DNA of 58,020 nucleotides from Patescibacteria group bacterium (GCA_038064435.1 JBBTTC010000017.1:1-58020); one strand, 5' to 3'. Positions 45,981 through 56,551 are shown, numbered from the stretch's first letter. Made by a program: numbers and translations. Notes: a model not told the origin generated them from the sequence alone.

Positions 45981-47282
45981 TTACTTAAGATTTTTTAAAT
46001 TCTCGGCCAAATGATCGATTTTTATAGTGTCTTGAGAACGAGTAGACATATTGCGCAAAATAACCGTCCCTTCCAGCGCTTCTTTTTGGCCTAGGATCAG
46101 AGCGTAGGGCACACCCAAACGTTCAGCCATGCCGAGTTGGGCTGATAGTGAATCTTTGGAGAGCGATTGGGCAATGGGCACGCGTGCCCGACGCAAAATT
46201 TCAATTACTTCAAAACTGTGTAACTTGGCTTCGAAGCTTAACTGAATAAAAAATATTTTTGGCTTTTTGATCAGGCGGGGATTAATAGTTTTTATTCCCG
46301 GGGCTGACAGTACTCGATCCAAACCAATGGCGCCACCGACGGCCGGCAAATCTTTGCGGCTACCGAGCGCCCGAGCCAAATAGTCGTAACGGCCGCCACC
46401 GGCTAGAGCCAATGGTGTGTCTTCACCGGGGGCGCGATCCACAATTTCAAACACGGTGCGCGAGTAGTAATCTAGGCCGCGCACTAGCTGGTGATTAATT
46501 TCGTAAGTCACGCCCATAGTTTCAAGATATTCCAGCACCTCCTTAAAATGTTTTTTGCAAGCTGCGCACAAGTAGCTAACCGGTGTTGGGGCACCCTGTT
46601 TGATCTGTTGGCAGGCAGGATTTTTGCAATCCAAGAGGCGCAGGGGATTTGTTTTTAGTCGTTCGCGGCAGTCGGCGCACAAATTTTTATGATGTTTGCG
46701 GTAATAGGCCGCCAGTTCGCGACGATACGCTGGCCGACATTCTTTGTCGCCGATGCTGTTAATCTCAACGTGCAAGTTGTCGAGCCCAACTTCACCCAAA
46801 ATGAGGGTAAAAGTTTTTATAATCATGGCTTCGGCGATACTCTTTCCGGTGCCGATAATTTCTAGACCGAATTGATAGAACTGGCGGTAACGACCTCGCT
46901 GTGGACTATCGTGACGAAAAAATGGGCCAGAGTAGTAGAGCATCACTGGCTGGGGTTGGGTTTGCAAACCGTTGTCGAAATAGGCACGCATTACTGGCGC
47001 GGTGCCCTCGGGGCGCAGAGCTAGGCGGTCGCCACCACGGGTTTTGAGCGTGTACATTTCTTTGTCGACGATGTCGGTGGCTTCGCCGATGGCGCGGGTA
47101 AATAAGCTCTCGGCTTCCAGCATTGGTGTTTCGATGGCGGTGAAGCCATAGTAAAGAGCAATTTCCGCCGCGCGTTCAGCCAAACCTTGGTAGGCGTAAA
47201 AAGTGTCGCCCATGAGGTCGCGCATACCTCGCGGGATTTTTGGTGTCTCGCCTTTAGTTTTAGGTTTAGTGTTGGAGGGCAT
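45981..47282 (-). CDS. hisS: Histidine--tRNA ligase
   Basis: PRGMRD, LRPEGTA, PQRGRYRQF, LVRGLDYY, GGGRYD motifs. Confidence 0.96.
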   Translation of the reverse strand: MPSNTKPKTKGETPKIPRGMRDLMGDTFYAYQGLAERAAEIALYYGFTAIETPMLEAESLFTRAIGEATDIVDKEMYTLKTRGGDRLALRPEGTAPVMRAYFDNGLQTQPQPVMLYYSGPFFRHDSPQRGRYRQFYQFGLEIIGTGKSIAEAMIIKTFTLILGEVGLDNLHVEINSIGDKECRPAYRRELAAYYRKHHKNLCADCRERLKTNPLRLLDCKNPACQQIKQGAPTPVSYLCAACKKHFKEVLEYLETMGVTYEINHQLVRGLDYYSRTVFEIVDRAPGEDTPLALAGGGRYDYLARALGSRKDLPAVGGAIGLDRVLSAPGIKTINPRLIKKPKIFFIQLSFEAKLHSFEVIEILRRARVPIAQSLSKDSLSAQLGMAERLGVPYALILGQKEALEGTVILRNMSTRSQDTIKIDHLAENLKNLK

Positions 47283-47286
47283 ATAG

Positions 47287-47823
47287 TTATTGCGATTGGC
47301 CGGGCAAGAAAGCAATTTCGCTGAGGGGGAGAAGGCGTAGCAGAACTCGGCCAGTAATAAGGCGACTGTTAACTGGTCCCCACGATCGTGAATCGAGACT
47401 CATCGGCCGATTGTCGCCCATAACAAAATATTCTTTGCTACCCAAAGTGGTGGGCGGACTATTATCTTCAGCTGTGGCTAAGTAGTTTTCTGTCAGTGCC
47501 GTTTGTTGGCCACCTTGTTCGATCCATACTACTCCATTTCGCACTTCGACTGTTTCGCCCGGCAGACCAATGACCCGTTTGATGAAGAATTTTTTGGGAT
47601 CATTGGGGTAGCGAAAGACAATAACCTCACCGCGCGTTGGCGGGCGGAAATGATAAGACAGTTCATCAATCACCAAATATTCGCCGTCGGCAAAAGTGGG
47701 AACCATGGACTTGCCGCTAACGATAAATGGTTGGGCTACATAGGCTCGAATAGGCACAACCACGATTACAGTGATGACGATAAAACGAACGATCTCGCCG
47801 AGTGACTGGCGCCAGTTATTCAT
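47287..47823 (-). CDS. lepB: Signal peptidase I
   Basis: SGKSMVPT, FIKRVIGLPGE, GDNR..SLDSR motifs. Confidence 0.94.
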   Translation of the reverse strand: MNNWRQSLGEIVRFIVITVIVVVPIRAYVAQPFIVSGKSMVPTFADGEYLVIDELSYHFRPPTRGEVIVFRYPNDPKKFFIKRVIGLPGETVEVRNGVVWIEQGGQQTALTENYLATAEDNSPPTTLGSKEYFVMGDNRPMSLDSRSWGPVNSRLITGRVLLRLLPLSEIAFLPGQSQ

Positions 47824-47880
47824 CGGCGAACAGTTTATTACAAACAGTCGGTGGGCGCAAGAAATGCTACAATGCGGTTT

Positions 47881-48435
47881 ATGACATTTATGATTGTTGG
47901 CCTCGGCAATCCCGGGCCAGAATATAAAGAAACGCGGCATAACACCGGCCGGCTGGTACTCGAACACTGGCGTGCCGCGCAGTCGTGGCCGGAGTGGAAG
48001 TTTTCTGCCCAAACCAAGGCGCTTGAGAGTCGTGGTCGAATCGGAGACGAAACAGTAACCCTCCTTTTGCCCGAGGGCATGATGAATAAATCCGGCCAGA
48101 GCCTTAAGGCTCTGGCCGGTAAAAAAAAGTCCCTGGCGCAAACCATTGTTGTTTATGACGACTTAGATCTGCCGTTCGGCAAAATCAAAATCAGTTTTAA
48201 TCGTAGCTCGGGCGGCCATCGCGGCTTGGAATCAGTGATCAAGGCGGTCAAAAGTCAGGAGTTTATTCGTTTGCGAGTGGGGATTGGACTCAAAAAAAAG
48301 CCGGCCGACGTGGTCAAATTTATTTTAGGCCGCTTTACTCCAGCCGAGCGCGTTAAGTTAAAAAAAATTATTCCCGCCGCGACGCAAGCACTGGAACAAA
48401 TTATTGAGCGAGGCTGGTTACGGGCGCAAGTTTAG
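47881..48435 (+). CDS. pth: Peptidyl-tRNA hydrolase
   Basis: IVGLGNPG..Y..TRHN, MNKSG, DDLDLP, GGHRG motifs. Confidence 0.94.
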   Translation: MTFMIVGLGNPGPEYKETRHNTGRLVLEHWRAAQSWPEWKFSAQTKALESRGRIGDETVTLLLPEGMMNKSGQSLKALAGKKKSLAQTIVVYDDLDLPFGKIKISFNRSSGGHRGLESVIKAVKSQEFIRLRVGIGLKKKPADVVKFILGRFTPAERVKLKKIIPAATQALEQIIERGWLRAQV

Positions 48436-49540
48436 CCGCTTCCTTTTTTTCGCCGGTCGAGAGAATTAACTTTTGCCCCTTAGGCTCGAACAAGGTGATG
48501 AAAAATGGGTAGCTTTTGCCCAACTCTAGTTTTTGCCGCAACTTATCTTCCGTCCCAAATTCGGAAATGTGTACCAAGCCGGCCACGCCTTCCTCAATGC
48601 TCGCCAGCGCGCCGTATTTATTATATTTAATAATCACGCCCTTAACTTGCTCACCCTTCTTGTATTTGTTGGCCGCTTCATCCCAAGGATTCTTTTTTAA
48701 CGCCTTGATCGAGAGCGAGATTTTGTCGTCCTTGATCTCAATAATTTTTGCTTCCACGTGATCGCCGAGGCGGAATAGGTCTTTAGGATTTTCCACCAGC
48801 GACCAATCAATTTCTGAAATGTGCACCAGGCCCTCAAAACCCTCCTCGAGCTTGACGAAGACACCGAAGTCTACCAAACCGCTCACCACACCAGTTACCA
48901 CGTCGCCGATATTGTATTTAGCCACGATGTCGCGGCGATTCTTGCTACTCAAGGCCTTTTCGGAAAAAATTAATTTGTTTTCTTTGGGGTCAGCGCCGAT
49001 TAAATAAACTTCCAGCTTCTCACCGATTAATTTTTTTAGCTCCTCAACAATTTGTTCCTTGTCGCCATCGGGCACTTTTGGGTAATGTTCGGGTTTGAGT
49101 TGGGAGGTGGGTAAAAAGCCGTCAATACCCTTCCACTCCATTATTAGTCCGCCCTTGTTGGCCGACTTAACGGTTAGTTCAAAAATTTCTTTATTATCAA
49201 TAGACCGTTTGGCTTCACTCCAGATGATGGCTTGCTTGGCTTCTTTGAGCGAGAGTTCAACGTAGCCCTTTTCGCCCTCTGGATCAATCACCTTGGCTGT
49301 TACCACGTCACCGACGTTAATTTCCTTAATCACTTCTCGAGCATTCAAATATTCACGGCCAAAAATAAGACCGGTGCCCATTGGCGGCAGGTCCACATAC
49401 AGGGCCATTTTATCTTTGGCAATTATTGTACCTTGCACCAAAGAGCCCACCGCCGGTTGCAGGGGGGTGGTCTTGATGATCTCGTTCATCAATTCTTCCC
49501 CCGGCCCGATGGCGATCGTTGCTTTATCCAATTCTGCCAT
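48401..49540 (-). CDS. rpsA: 30S ribosomal protein S1 (short, about four S1 domains)
   Basis: Repeated S1 motifs GFLPTSQL, GLVHISE, KISLSIK. Confidence 0.82.
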   Translation of the reverse strand: MAELDKATIAIGPGEELMNEIIKTTPLQPAVGSLVQGTIIAKDKMALYVDLPPMGTGLIFGREYLNAREVIKEINVGDVVTAKVIDPEGEKGYVELSLKEAKQAIIWSEAKRSIDNKEIFELTVKSANKGGLIMEWKGIDGFLPTSQLKPEHYPKVPDGDKEQIVEELKKLIGEKLEVYLIGADPKENKLIFSEKALSSKNRRDIVAKYNIGDVVTGVVSGLVDFGVFVKLEEGFEGLVHISEIDWSLVENPKDLFRLGDHVEAKIIEIKDDKISLSIKALKKNPWDEAANKYKKGEQVKGVIIKYNKYGALASIEEGVAGLVHISEFGTEDKLRQKLELGKSYPFFITLFEPKGQKLILSTGEKKEAAKLAPVTSLAQ

Positions 49541-49632
49541 GGCAGTTATCATAGTAGAGTAGATAGTATAACTACAGCCCTACTTTTGGCAATAGTTTAG
49601 TGTTGGGGTCGATTTTATGCTATAATCACGGT

Positions 49633-50229
49633 ATGATAATTACTTATCACGGCCGGGGAATGATTAAGTGCCAAGTGGCGGATGAGGTGGTGGCGTTTAA
49701 TCCAATTGGTAAAGAGTCTGGCCAAAAGGTGACGCGTTTTGGGGCTGACTTGGTGCTCGTCTCGCTTAGCGACTCGGCCTATAATGGTACCGAGGCCATG
49801 GCCTTGGGAAGTAAAACGCCGCTAGTGCTTGACGGCCCGGGCGAGTATGAAGCGCGAGGGATTTTTATTCGCGGTGTGGGCTCGCCCGGGCCGAACGGCA
49901 AGATTAATACGGTTTACTCGGTGTTGTTTGACGGTATTCGTCTAATGCATCTCGGTGCCATCACCGGCCCCTTGTCTGACGATAATAAAGAAAAGTTGGG
50001 AGAGACCGACATTTTATTTGTTCCTCTTGGTTTCCCGGCCGCAGCGGGTTTGGCTACGGAGTTGGCGGCTAAACTAACGGTACCGGTGGACTATGATGAC
50101 GATAAGCAACTGGAAAAATTTTTAAAAGAAGTGGGCGCGCCGTCAGCCGAGCGCCTCGATCGGCTGACGATCAAGAAAAAGGATTTAATTGATAAAGAGG
50201 CGGTGACTATGGTAATTAATCAATCATGA
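49633..50229 (+). CDS. Metallo-beta-lactamase-fold protein (degenerate metal site)
   Basis: ITYHG, DGPGEYE, HLG, TDILFVP motifs; HxHxDH is absent. Confidence 0.65.
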   Translation: MIITYHGRGMIKCQVADEVVAFNPIGKESGQKVTRFGADLVLVSLSDSAYNGTEAMALGSKTPLVLDGPGEYEARGIFIRGVGSPGPNGKINTVYSVLFDGIRLMHLGAITGPLSDDNKEKLGETDILFVPLGFPAAAGLATELAAKLTVPVDYDDDKQLEKFLKEVGAPSAERLDRLTIKKKDLIDKEAVTMVINQS

Positions 50230-50516
50230 AAACTTGGCAAGAACGTTTAACTAATTGGCGGCAAAAGCCTCGAGTGGCGCGTGAGCGTTTGGCTCGAGTG
50301 CTGGCCGGCGCACTGACTGGTTTGATCGCCTTAGTGTGGTTGGCCGGGTATCAGTTTCCAGCTAGTTTAGAATCCGGCGGTGGCACGCAAACTGCTGCCA
50401 TCGTGGCGCCGGTGGTGCTTAGTGACGAGCCGCAGGGTTGGCAACGGGTGCGGGCCGGCTGGCGCGAAGTGCGGAAGTGGTGGGCGACTGACGATTATGG
50501 CCGACAAGGACAATAA
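50226..50516 (+). CDS. Small membrane protein
   Basis: ATGA-coupled to the upstream gene; one TM segment; overlaps the gyrA start. Confidence 0.55.
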   Translation: MKTWQERLTNWRQKPRVARERLARVLAGALTGLIALVWLAGYQFPASLESGGGTQTAAIVAPVVLSDEPQGWQRVRAGWREVRKWWATDDYGRQGQ

Positions 50517-52941
50517 TCAATCAAGCGCTGGCCGCGTTATACCGGTAGATATTGCCTCCGACATGAAGGAGTCGTATTTGAATTACGCCATGTCGGTGAT
50601 TGTTTCGCGCGCCCTGCCAGATGTGCGCGATGGTCTCAAGCCGGTGCATCGGCGTTTGCTTTTCACCTTGCATGAGCTCGGTTTGTATCACACCGCCCGT
50701 TTTCGCAAGTCGGCTTTGGTGGTGGGTGATGTGCTTGGTCATTACCATCCACATGGCGACACGGCTTGCTACGATGCCCTAGTGCGCTTGGCGCAAGACT
50801 TCTCGCTCCGTTACCCGTTGGTGATCGGGCAGGGTAATTTTGGTTCGATTGACGGTGATTCGCCGGCGGCTATGCGTTACACCGAGACCAAGATGTCGAG
50901 TTTGGCGGGCGAGTTATTGCGCGACATTAACAAAGAGACGGTGCCCTTTGCTCCCAATTATGATGGCAACCGGCAGGAACCCTTACTCTTGCCGGCGGCG
51001 ATACCCAATTTAATTTTGAACGGCACCTTGGGCATCGCCGTGGGCATGGCCACCAAGATCGCGCCGCACAATCTCACTGAGGTGATGTCAGCACTCGAGG
51101 CGTTGATTGATAATCCCGGCCTCGATTCGGAGGAAGTGCTCCAGTACGTCAAGGGCCCCGACTTTCCCACTGGTGGCGTGGTCTACGGTCATCGCGATAT
51201 TGCCCATGCCTCATCCACCGGTCGCGGTGGAGTGCTGGTGCGGGGCGAGGCCGACGTGGTTGAGACGAAAGCTGGCTCAAGTCAGATCATCATTCGTTCT
51301 CTGCCTTATCAAGTCAACAAGGCCGAATTGATTACCAAAATTGCTGATCAGGTGCGGGAGAAAAAGTTGGAGGGGATCAAAGATATTCGCGATGAGTCCA
51401 CCACGCTCGATGATTTGCGAGTGGTGATTGATCTCAAGTCTGGTGCTTACCCACAGAAGATACTCAATTATTTATACAAACACACTGACCTAGAAACAGT
51501 TTTCCACTACAACATGTTGGCTTTGGTGGACGGCGTGCCCAAACTGCTGTCGCTCAAGGCTATTTTGGCCGAGTTTATTAAACACCGTGAGGTGGTGGTG
51601 GAAAAGCGCACACGTTTTGACTTGCGTGAAGCCGAAGAGCGCGAGCATATTTTGCTTGGTCTCAAAAAAGCCCTCGACCATATTGATGAGGTGATCCAAA
51701 CCATTAAACGCTCGGCCGATGCCGCCGAGGCCGGTCGGCAGTTGATGGTCAAGTTTGCTCTCTCTGATCGGCAGGCGGCGGCCATCTTGGACATGCGGTT
51801 GCAAAAGCTGGCTGGTTTGGAGCGGCAAAAAATTGAGGATGAGCTTAAAGAAAAACAGGCGTTGATTAAGGAACTTAAAAGTATTTTGGCTGATCACGGT
51901 AAGCTGATGGAGATCATCAAAACCGAATTTGCTGAAATAAAAAGCAAATACGGCGATGAGCGCCGTACCCGGGTGGTGAAGCAAGGAGTGGGTGAGATCC
52001 GTGAGGAAGATTTGATACCGGAAAAAGATAATGTGTTGGTGCTAACGCGTGGCGGCTACATTAAGCGCACCGACCCGGTCGAGTATCGGCCGCAAAAGCG
52101 CGGCGGTGTGGGGGTAGTGGATCTGGACGTTAAAGACGAGGACGTGGTGGACATTCTCCTCTCGGCTAACACCCATAACGATATTCTCTTTTTCACCGAT
52201 CGGGGCAAGGTTTATCAGATTAAAATGTATGATTTGCCGGAGGGCAAACGGGCCACGCGCGGTAAGTCGATCATGAATTTTCTAGCGTTGGCTGATGGCG
52301 AAAAAGTAACCTCGGTGTTGGCAGTGCCCAAGTCGGGTGACAAACTGTCATTATTTATGATCACCCGCGCCGGCGTGGCCAAAAAAGTGGCGGCCGGCAG
52401 TTTTAGCGATGTGCGCCGCAGTGGTCTCATCGCCATTCGTTTGGACGGCAAGGATCAATTGCTCGCGGCGCGCCTGGCGCCATCCGGTTCCTCACTCGTT
52501 ATTGCTACCAAAAAGGGTCAGGCCATCCGCTTTCGCGAGAGCGACATTCGCATCATGGGGCGGGCGGCGCGCGGGGTGCGCGCCATGCATTTGAGCGGCG
52601 GCGATGAAGTGATCGCCGCCGACATCGTCACGCCCGAGCACTCGGCCTATCTCATTATGACGGCCAATGGCCTCGGCAAAAAAACCAAATTGTCGGAATA
52701 CAAATTGCAAAAGCGCGGCGGCGGCGGCATTAAGACGGTTAAGATCACCACCAAAACGGGACCATTGATCGCGGCTAAAACCTTGACCGGCGCCGAAACG
52801 CAGATCATTGCCGTCAGTCGTCAGGGTCAGACGATCCGCACAGTTTTAAGTGACATCCCGATGTTGGGTCGTTCTACGCAGGGCGTGCGGATAATGCGCG
52901 TGCGGGCCGGTGACGCTTTGGCCTCGATGATTTGCTTGTAG
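50497..52941 (+). CDS. gyrA: DNA gyrase subunit A
   Basis: [28 protein letters not shown] motifs; GyrA-box QKRGGVG. Confidence 0.97.
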   Translation: MADKDNNQSSAGRVIPVDIASDMKESYLNYAMSVIVSRALPDVRDGLKPVHRRLLFTLHELGLYHTARFRKSALVVGDVLGHYHPHGDTACYDALVRLAQDFSLRYPLVIGQGNFGSIDGDSPAAMRYTETKMSSLAGELLRDINKETVPFAPNYDGNRQEPLLLPAAIPNLILNGTLGIAVGMATKIAPHNLTEVMSALEALIDNPGLDSEEVLQYVKGPDFPTGGVVYGHRDIAHASSTGRGGVLVRGEADVVETKAGSSQIIIRSLPYQVNKAELITKIADQVREKKLEGIKDIRDESTTLDDLRVVIDLKSGAYPQKILNYLYKHTDLETVFHYNMLALVDGVPKLLSLKAILAEFIKHREVVVEKRTRFDLREAEEREHILLGLKKALDHIDEVIQTIKRSADAAEAGRQLMVKFALSDRQAAAILDMRLQKLAGLERQKIEDELKEKQALIKELKSILADHGKLMEIIKTEFAEIKSKYGDERRTRVVKQGVGEIREEDLIPEKDNVLVLTRGGYIKRTDPVEYRPQKRGGVGVVDLDVKDEDVVDILLSANTHNDILFFTDRGKVYQIKMYDLPEGKRATRGKSIMNFLALADGEKVTSVLAVPKSGDKLSLFMITRAGVAKKVAAGSFSDVRRSGLIAIRLDGKDQLLAARLAPSGSSLVIATKKGQAIRFRESDIRIMGRAARGVRAMHLSGGDEVIAADIVTPEHSAYLIMTANGLGKKTKLSEYKLQKRGGGGIKTVKITTKTGPLIAAKTLTGAETQIIAVSRQGQTIRTVLSDIPMLGRSTQGVRIMRVRAGDALASMICL

Positions 52942-52961
52942 TATAATTCTAGGGTCAGTGT

Positions 52962-53513
52962 ATGGCCTTTACTAATCCGGAAGCGAATATCAAAAATTTT
53001 GGTCTCCGGCCCGGAATGATGGTGGCCGATTTTGGCGCTGGCGTGGGGGCGCACACTTTTCTCGCCGCGCGAGCTGTGGGTGACGGCGAGGTTTATGCCA
53101 TCGACGTGCAAAAAGAGGTTTTGGCCGCTTTGGCGCGACGGGCCGAGGAGCAAAAAATTCGCAACATCAAATATTTGTGGGGTGACGTTGAACAATTGGG
53201 CGGTAGCAAACTTAAAGACGGATCAGTGGATGCGGTGATGCTAATTAATCTTTTATTTCAAATTAGTAACAAATACACTTTAGCTCAAGAGGTGGCGCGT
53301 GTGGTGCGCCCGAGCGGTTGGGCATTGATTATTGATTGGGAAGATTCCTTTGGCGGCCTGGGGCCGCCAGCCAGTGATGTGATTAAATCTCCGGCGGCGG
53401 CGGAAGTTTTTAAGTCGGCCGGTTTTGAGTCAGCCGGAACTTTTCCGGCTGGCGACCATCACTGGGGTTTAAAGTTACGGCGAGCTGTGGTCCGTGATTA
53501 TCGCCATGATTAG
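52962..53513 (+). CDS. Class I SAM-dependent methyltransferase
   Basis: VADFGAGVG, VYAIDVQ motifs; C-terminal AGDHHWG. Confidence 0.85.
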   Translation: MAFTNPEANIKNFGLRPGMMVADFGAGVGAHTFLAARAVGDGEVYAIDVQKEVLAALARRAEEQKIRNIKYLWGDVEQLGGSKLKDGSVDAVMLINLLFQISNKYTLAQEVARVVRPSGWALIIDWEDSFGGLGPPASDVIKSPAAAEVFKSAGFESAGTFPAGDHHWGLKLRRAVVRDYRHD

Positions 53514-54819
53514 TCTCAATAATTTAAGTGTTTTCCAGATGGTGATTTTGGGTCTTTTTATCGCCGTATTACTTTTTGGCGTGTTGGTTTTTGCCGGCAT
53601 TTTACCCGGTTTTCGCCAGGAGCCGGTGGGTGTGGCGGGGAAGATAGTCTGGTGGGGAACTTGGGACGAACCAATTATTCAACCGCTCGTCGCTCGCCTC
53701 AACACCGAGAATCTAGACAAATTTTCACTTACCTATGTGGTTAAGCCAGCCGCCACGCTGGAAGCCGAGTTAACGGAGGCCTTGGCAGTTGGCTCCGGAC
53801 CGGATCTGGTTTCCTTGCCGTCCAGTTGGGTAATCGCTGATGGCAACAAATTTGTTCCTATGCCGACCGAGGTTATGTCGCCACGCCAGTTCGAAGACAG
53901 TTTTATCAATCTCGCCGCCGTGTATCAAGTGCCCGATGGAGTGTTGGCTTCGCCGATTACTTTTGATCCGTTGGTTTTGTATTACAACAAAGATTTGCTG
54001 GCGCGGGCTGGTCTCTCTCGACCGCCAGCCACTTGGACCCAATTTAAGCTTGATGCCGAAGTGCTAACGCGCCGCGATGAGCGCGACAATATTTTGCAAT
54101 CGGCGGCGGCGCTGGGCTTGTTTAGCAACATCACTCATGCCAAAGATATTTTATCTCTGCTTTTTATCCAGGCTGGCAATCCCATCGTAACCGCCGCAAC
54201 CAATGGTTGGGCGGTGGTGTTGAAAGAGGATTTGGGCATCAAGCCGCCGCCATCGCCACGGGCCGTAGAATTTTTTGTCCAGTTTGCTGATCCAGCCAGC
54301 CGAACCTACAGCTGGAACCGTTCTCTGCCGGAAGCGGCCGATAATTTTGTGGCCGGGCGCTCGGCTTTGTATCTTGGCTACGGTAGTGAGTGGGCCGATT
54401 TAACCGCGCGCAATCCGCATTTGTCTTTGGGCGTGGCTTTGGTGCCCCAGCGCGACGAGACGGGAACGGTCACGGCCGGTCGACTCACTGGTTTGGCCAT
54501 CACGCGTCAGGCGGGCGGGCGCGCAACGGCGGCTTTCGCCGCCGCCAGTGCTCTAAGTTCGCCGGCCGCGGCCGGCGAACTTGCCCGCCAGCTTGGCTTG
54601 GCTCCAGCGCGCCGCGACCTCTTGGCCGAGCGGGTTACAGATCCGGTGCGCACCATCTTTTACCGTTCGGCCGTTTCGGCGCGCGGTTGGCCAGATCCGG
54701 CGCCCGCGGCTACGACCGAGATTTTCCGTCGCCTCATCGAGGGCGTGGTGGCGGGTCGCGCCACGGCCGAGCAGGCGGTGGCGCGGGCGCACCAAGAATT
54801 AGTCGAACTTTTGCCATGA
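53506..54819 (+). CDS. Membrane-anchored extracellular solute-binding protein (family 1, sugar-type)
   Basis: N-terminal TM; GSGPDL, DPLVLYYNKDL, PPATW, FVAGRSALY motifs. Confidence 0.8.
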   Translation: MISLNNLSVFQMVILGLFIAVLLFGVLVFAGILPGFRQEPVGVAGKIVWWGTWDEPIIQPLVARLNTENLDKFSLTYVVKPAATLEAELTEALAVGSGPDLVSLPSSWVIADGNKFVPMPTEVMSPRQFEDSFINLAAVYQVPDGVLASPITFDPLVLYYNKDLLARAGLSRPPATWTQFKLDAEVLTRRDERDNILQSAAALGLFSNITHAKDILSLLFIQAGNPIVTAATNGWAVVLKEDLGIKPPPSPRAVEFFVQFADPASRTYSWNRSLPEAADNFVAGRSALYLGYGSEWADLTARNPHLSLGVALVPQRDETGTVTAGRLTGLAITRQAGGRATAAFAAASALSSPAAAGELARQLGLAPARRDLLAERVTDPVRTIFYRSAVSARGWPDPAPAATTEIFRRLIEGVVAGRATAEQAVARAHQELVELLP

Positions 54820-55136
54820 AGGAAAAACTTTTGGCTGTCGCCATTGATCTGATTCCTTGTGCTACCACGCGTCACCCTAACCCTTGTACCTTGGCCGACT
54901 TTTTTACTCTCGTCGCCAATGTGATTCGTTTTTTAGTTTTGAACTTGGCTGTGCCGGCGGCAACTATCACCATTTTTATTGCTGGCTTCATGTATCTCAC
55001 CACCTCGATCCAAGATCAGCGCAATAAGGCCAAGAGTTTGTTTAAAATGGCCGGTTGGGGACTGGTGCTAGCTTTGGCGGCGCAATTAATTGTCCAAACG
55101 ATTGCTAATTTTTTAATTAAGCCCGGAACATTATGA
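54816..55136 (+). CDS. VirB2/TrbC-like pilin 1
   Basis: LIPC...PCT N-terminus; two TMs separated by a basic loop (DQRNKAK); ATGA overlap. Confidence 0.7.
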   Translation: MKEKLLAVAIDLIPCATTRHPNPCTLADFFTLVANVIRFLVLNLAVPAATITIFIAGFMYLTTSIQDQRNKAKSLFKMAGWGLVLALAAQLIVQTIANFLIKPGTL

Positions 55137-55477
55137 TCAAAGATTTTATTTTTCTGATAATAACAAAAGCGCAAGCCATAACAGGCGGAGTCTCGAATCC
55201 CAGCGGAAACCCATTTCAAATCCTGAAATACGATACCCTAAGTGAATTTGTAACCGCTATTCTTCAACTAGCCGTGAAGATCGGCACGCCGCTAATCGTC
55301 TTGGCGATCATTTATTGTGGTTTCCTCTTTGTGACGGCGCGTGGTAATGAAACTAAGATCAAGCAGGCCAAGGACGTGCTCTTTGCCACCATCATTGGCG
55401 CGGCTATTATTCTTGGCGCTTTCCTAATTTCCGAAGTCATTGAGTCAACTATTAAATCACTAACTATCCAACCATGA
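55133..55477 (+). CDS. VirB2/TrbC-like pilin 2
   Basis: AQA signal; GFLFVTARGNETKIKQAK...IIGAAII pattern. Confidence 0.78.
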   Translation: MIKDFIFLIITKAQAITGGVSNPSGNPFQILKYDTLSEFVTAILQLAVKIGTPLIVLAIIYCGFLFVTARGNETKIKQAKDVLFATIIGAAIILGAFLISEVIESTIKSLTIQP

Positions 55478-55791
55478 ACAAAGATTTTGCCTATTTAGTT
55501 AATAATATTGCCGTCGATAAAATCATCGAGCCGCTAATGGTGCTGATTATGGCCTTGGCCTTAGTCTATTTTTTGCTTGGTGTGTTTAAGTATGTTAAGG
55601 CGGCTGATGAGGCCAAGCTCAAAGAAGCCGGCAAGATGATCGTGACCGGATTAATTGGTCTGTTTGCCATGGGTTCGGTGTGGGGTTTGGTTAATGTGCT
55701 TCAGAAGACGTTTAATCTCGATAATACGCCGCCGGGGACTTCAGCGCCGAGCACGTGGTGGGATAATGGTTTGTATGGTGAAGGGGATTGA
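55474..55791 (+). CDS. VirB2/TrbC-like pilin 3
   Basis: FLLGVFKYV..ADEAKLKEA...GLIGLFAM.SVWGLV pattern. Confidence 0.75.
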   Translation: MNKDFAYLVNNIAVDKIIEPLMVLIMALALVYFLLGVFKYVKAADEAKLKEAGKMIVTGLIGLFAMGSVWGLVNVLQKTFNLDNTPPGTSAPSTWWDNGLYGEGD

Positions 55792-55836
55792 TTTATAATT
55801 TAAAGCAGGTCGTTTAACAATAAACAATTATTAATT

Positions 55837-56199
55837 ATGTTATCAAAAGTTACTAAATTACTGCCGGTTGGCCTGTTGGCTTTCCCGGCCTTGGCCCACG
55901 GGCAAACGATTAGTTCTATCTTGATTAAATTCCAAGATATTCTCAGGATTGTTATCCCCATTATCATCACCCTAGCCATCATTGCTTTCCTCTGGGGTTT
56001 GGTCCAGTACGTCACTTCAGCTGGTGATGAAGCCAAGCGCAAAGAAGCGGCCGCCAAGATTATTGGTGGTATTGTGGTGATCTTTGTGATGGTGACGGTC
56101 TGGGGCTTGGTTTATGTTTTGGGCCGATCTTTTGGTGTTGATCCCGGATCGAATAATAACTCAGTACCCGTGCCCGCAATACCCAGCGCTCAGCTTTAG
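55837..56199 (+). CDS. VirB2/TrbC-like pilin 4
   Basis: Signal ...ALAHGQ; FLWGLVQYVTSAGDEAKRKEA...VMVTVWGLV pattern. Confidence 0.78.
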   Translation: MLSKVTKLLPVGLLAFPALAHGQTISSILIKFQDILRIVIPIIITLAIIAFLWGLVQYVTSAGDEAKRKEAAAKIIGGIVVIFVMVTVWGLVYVLGRSFGVDPGSNNNSVPVPAIPSAQL

Positions 56200-56208
56200 A
56201 TTCTAGAT

Positions 56209-56484
56209 TTGTTTTCGTTTATGATCGCTTACGCCGCCACGGCTGATCAGTTTATTGACGTGGTAACAGACAAAATTATTGACCCGCTGATCATCCTGCT
56301 CTCGGCGGTGGCTTTACTGTACTTTCTTTGGGGATTGCTCGAGATGATCATCAATGCTGATAATGAAACGGGGCGCGAGACTGGCCGGCGGCACATGCTC
56401 TACGGCGTGATTGGTTTGGCGGTGATGCTCTCGGCTTATGGGATCATGAATGTGATCTGCGATACCTTGAGTTTGAGCTGTTAA
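56209..56484 (+). CDS. VirB2/TrbC-like pilin 5
   Basis: AYA signal-like segment; FLWGL...ADNETGRETGRRHMLYGVIGLAVM pattern. Confidence 0.75.
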   Translation: MFSFMIAYAATADQFIDVVTDKIIDPLIILLSAVALLYFLWGLLEMIINADNETGRETGRRHMLYGVIGLAVMLSAYGIMNVICDTLSLSC

Positions 56485-56506
56485 CTCCTAAAATTGAGAA
56501 TAAAAA

Positions 56507-56540
56507 AACGAGAAGATCCACCGCGGTGGATCTTCTCGTT
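56507..56540. terminator. Perfect 34-bp palindrome, probable bidirectional terminator
   Basis: AACGAGAAGATCCACCGCGGTGGATCTTCTCGTT between convergent operons, with an A run on the left. Confidence 0.75.
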
Positions 56541-56551
56541 AGGCGTTTAAC

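Noticed and set aside
50740-50775. GyrA HPHGDTAC (Thr at the Ser83-equivalent position) as a quinolone-resistance allele
   Set aside because: Thr occurs naturally at this position in susceptible species such as Pseudomonas.
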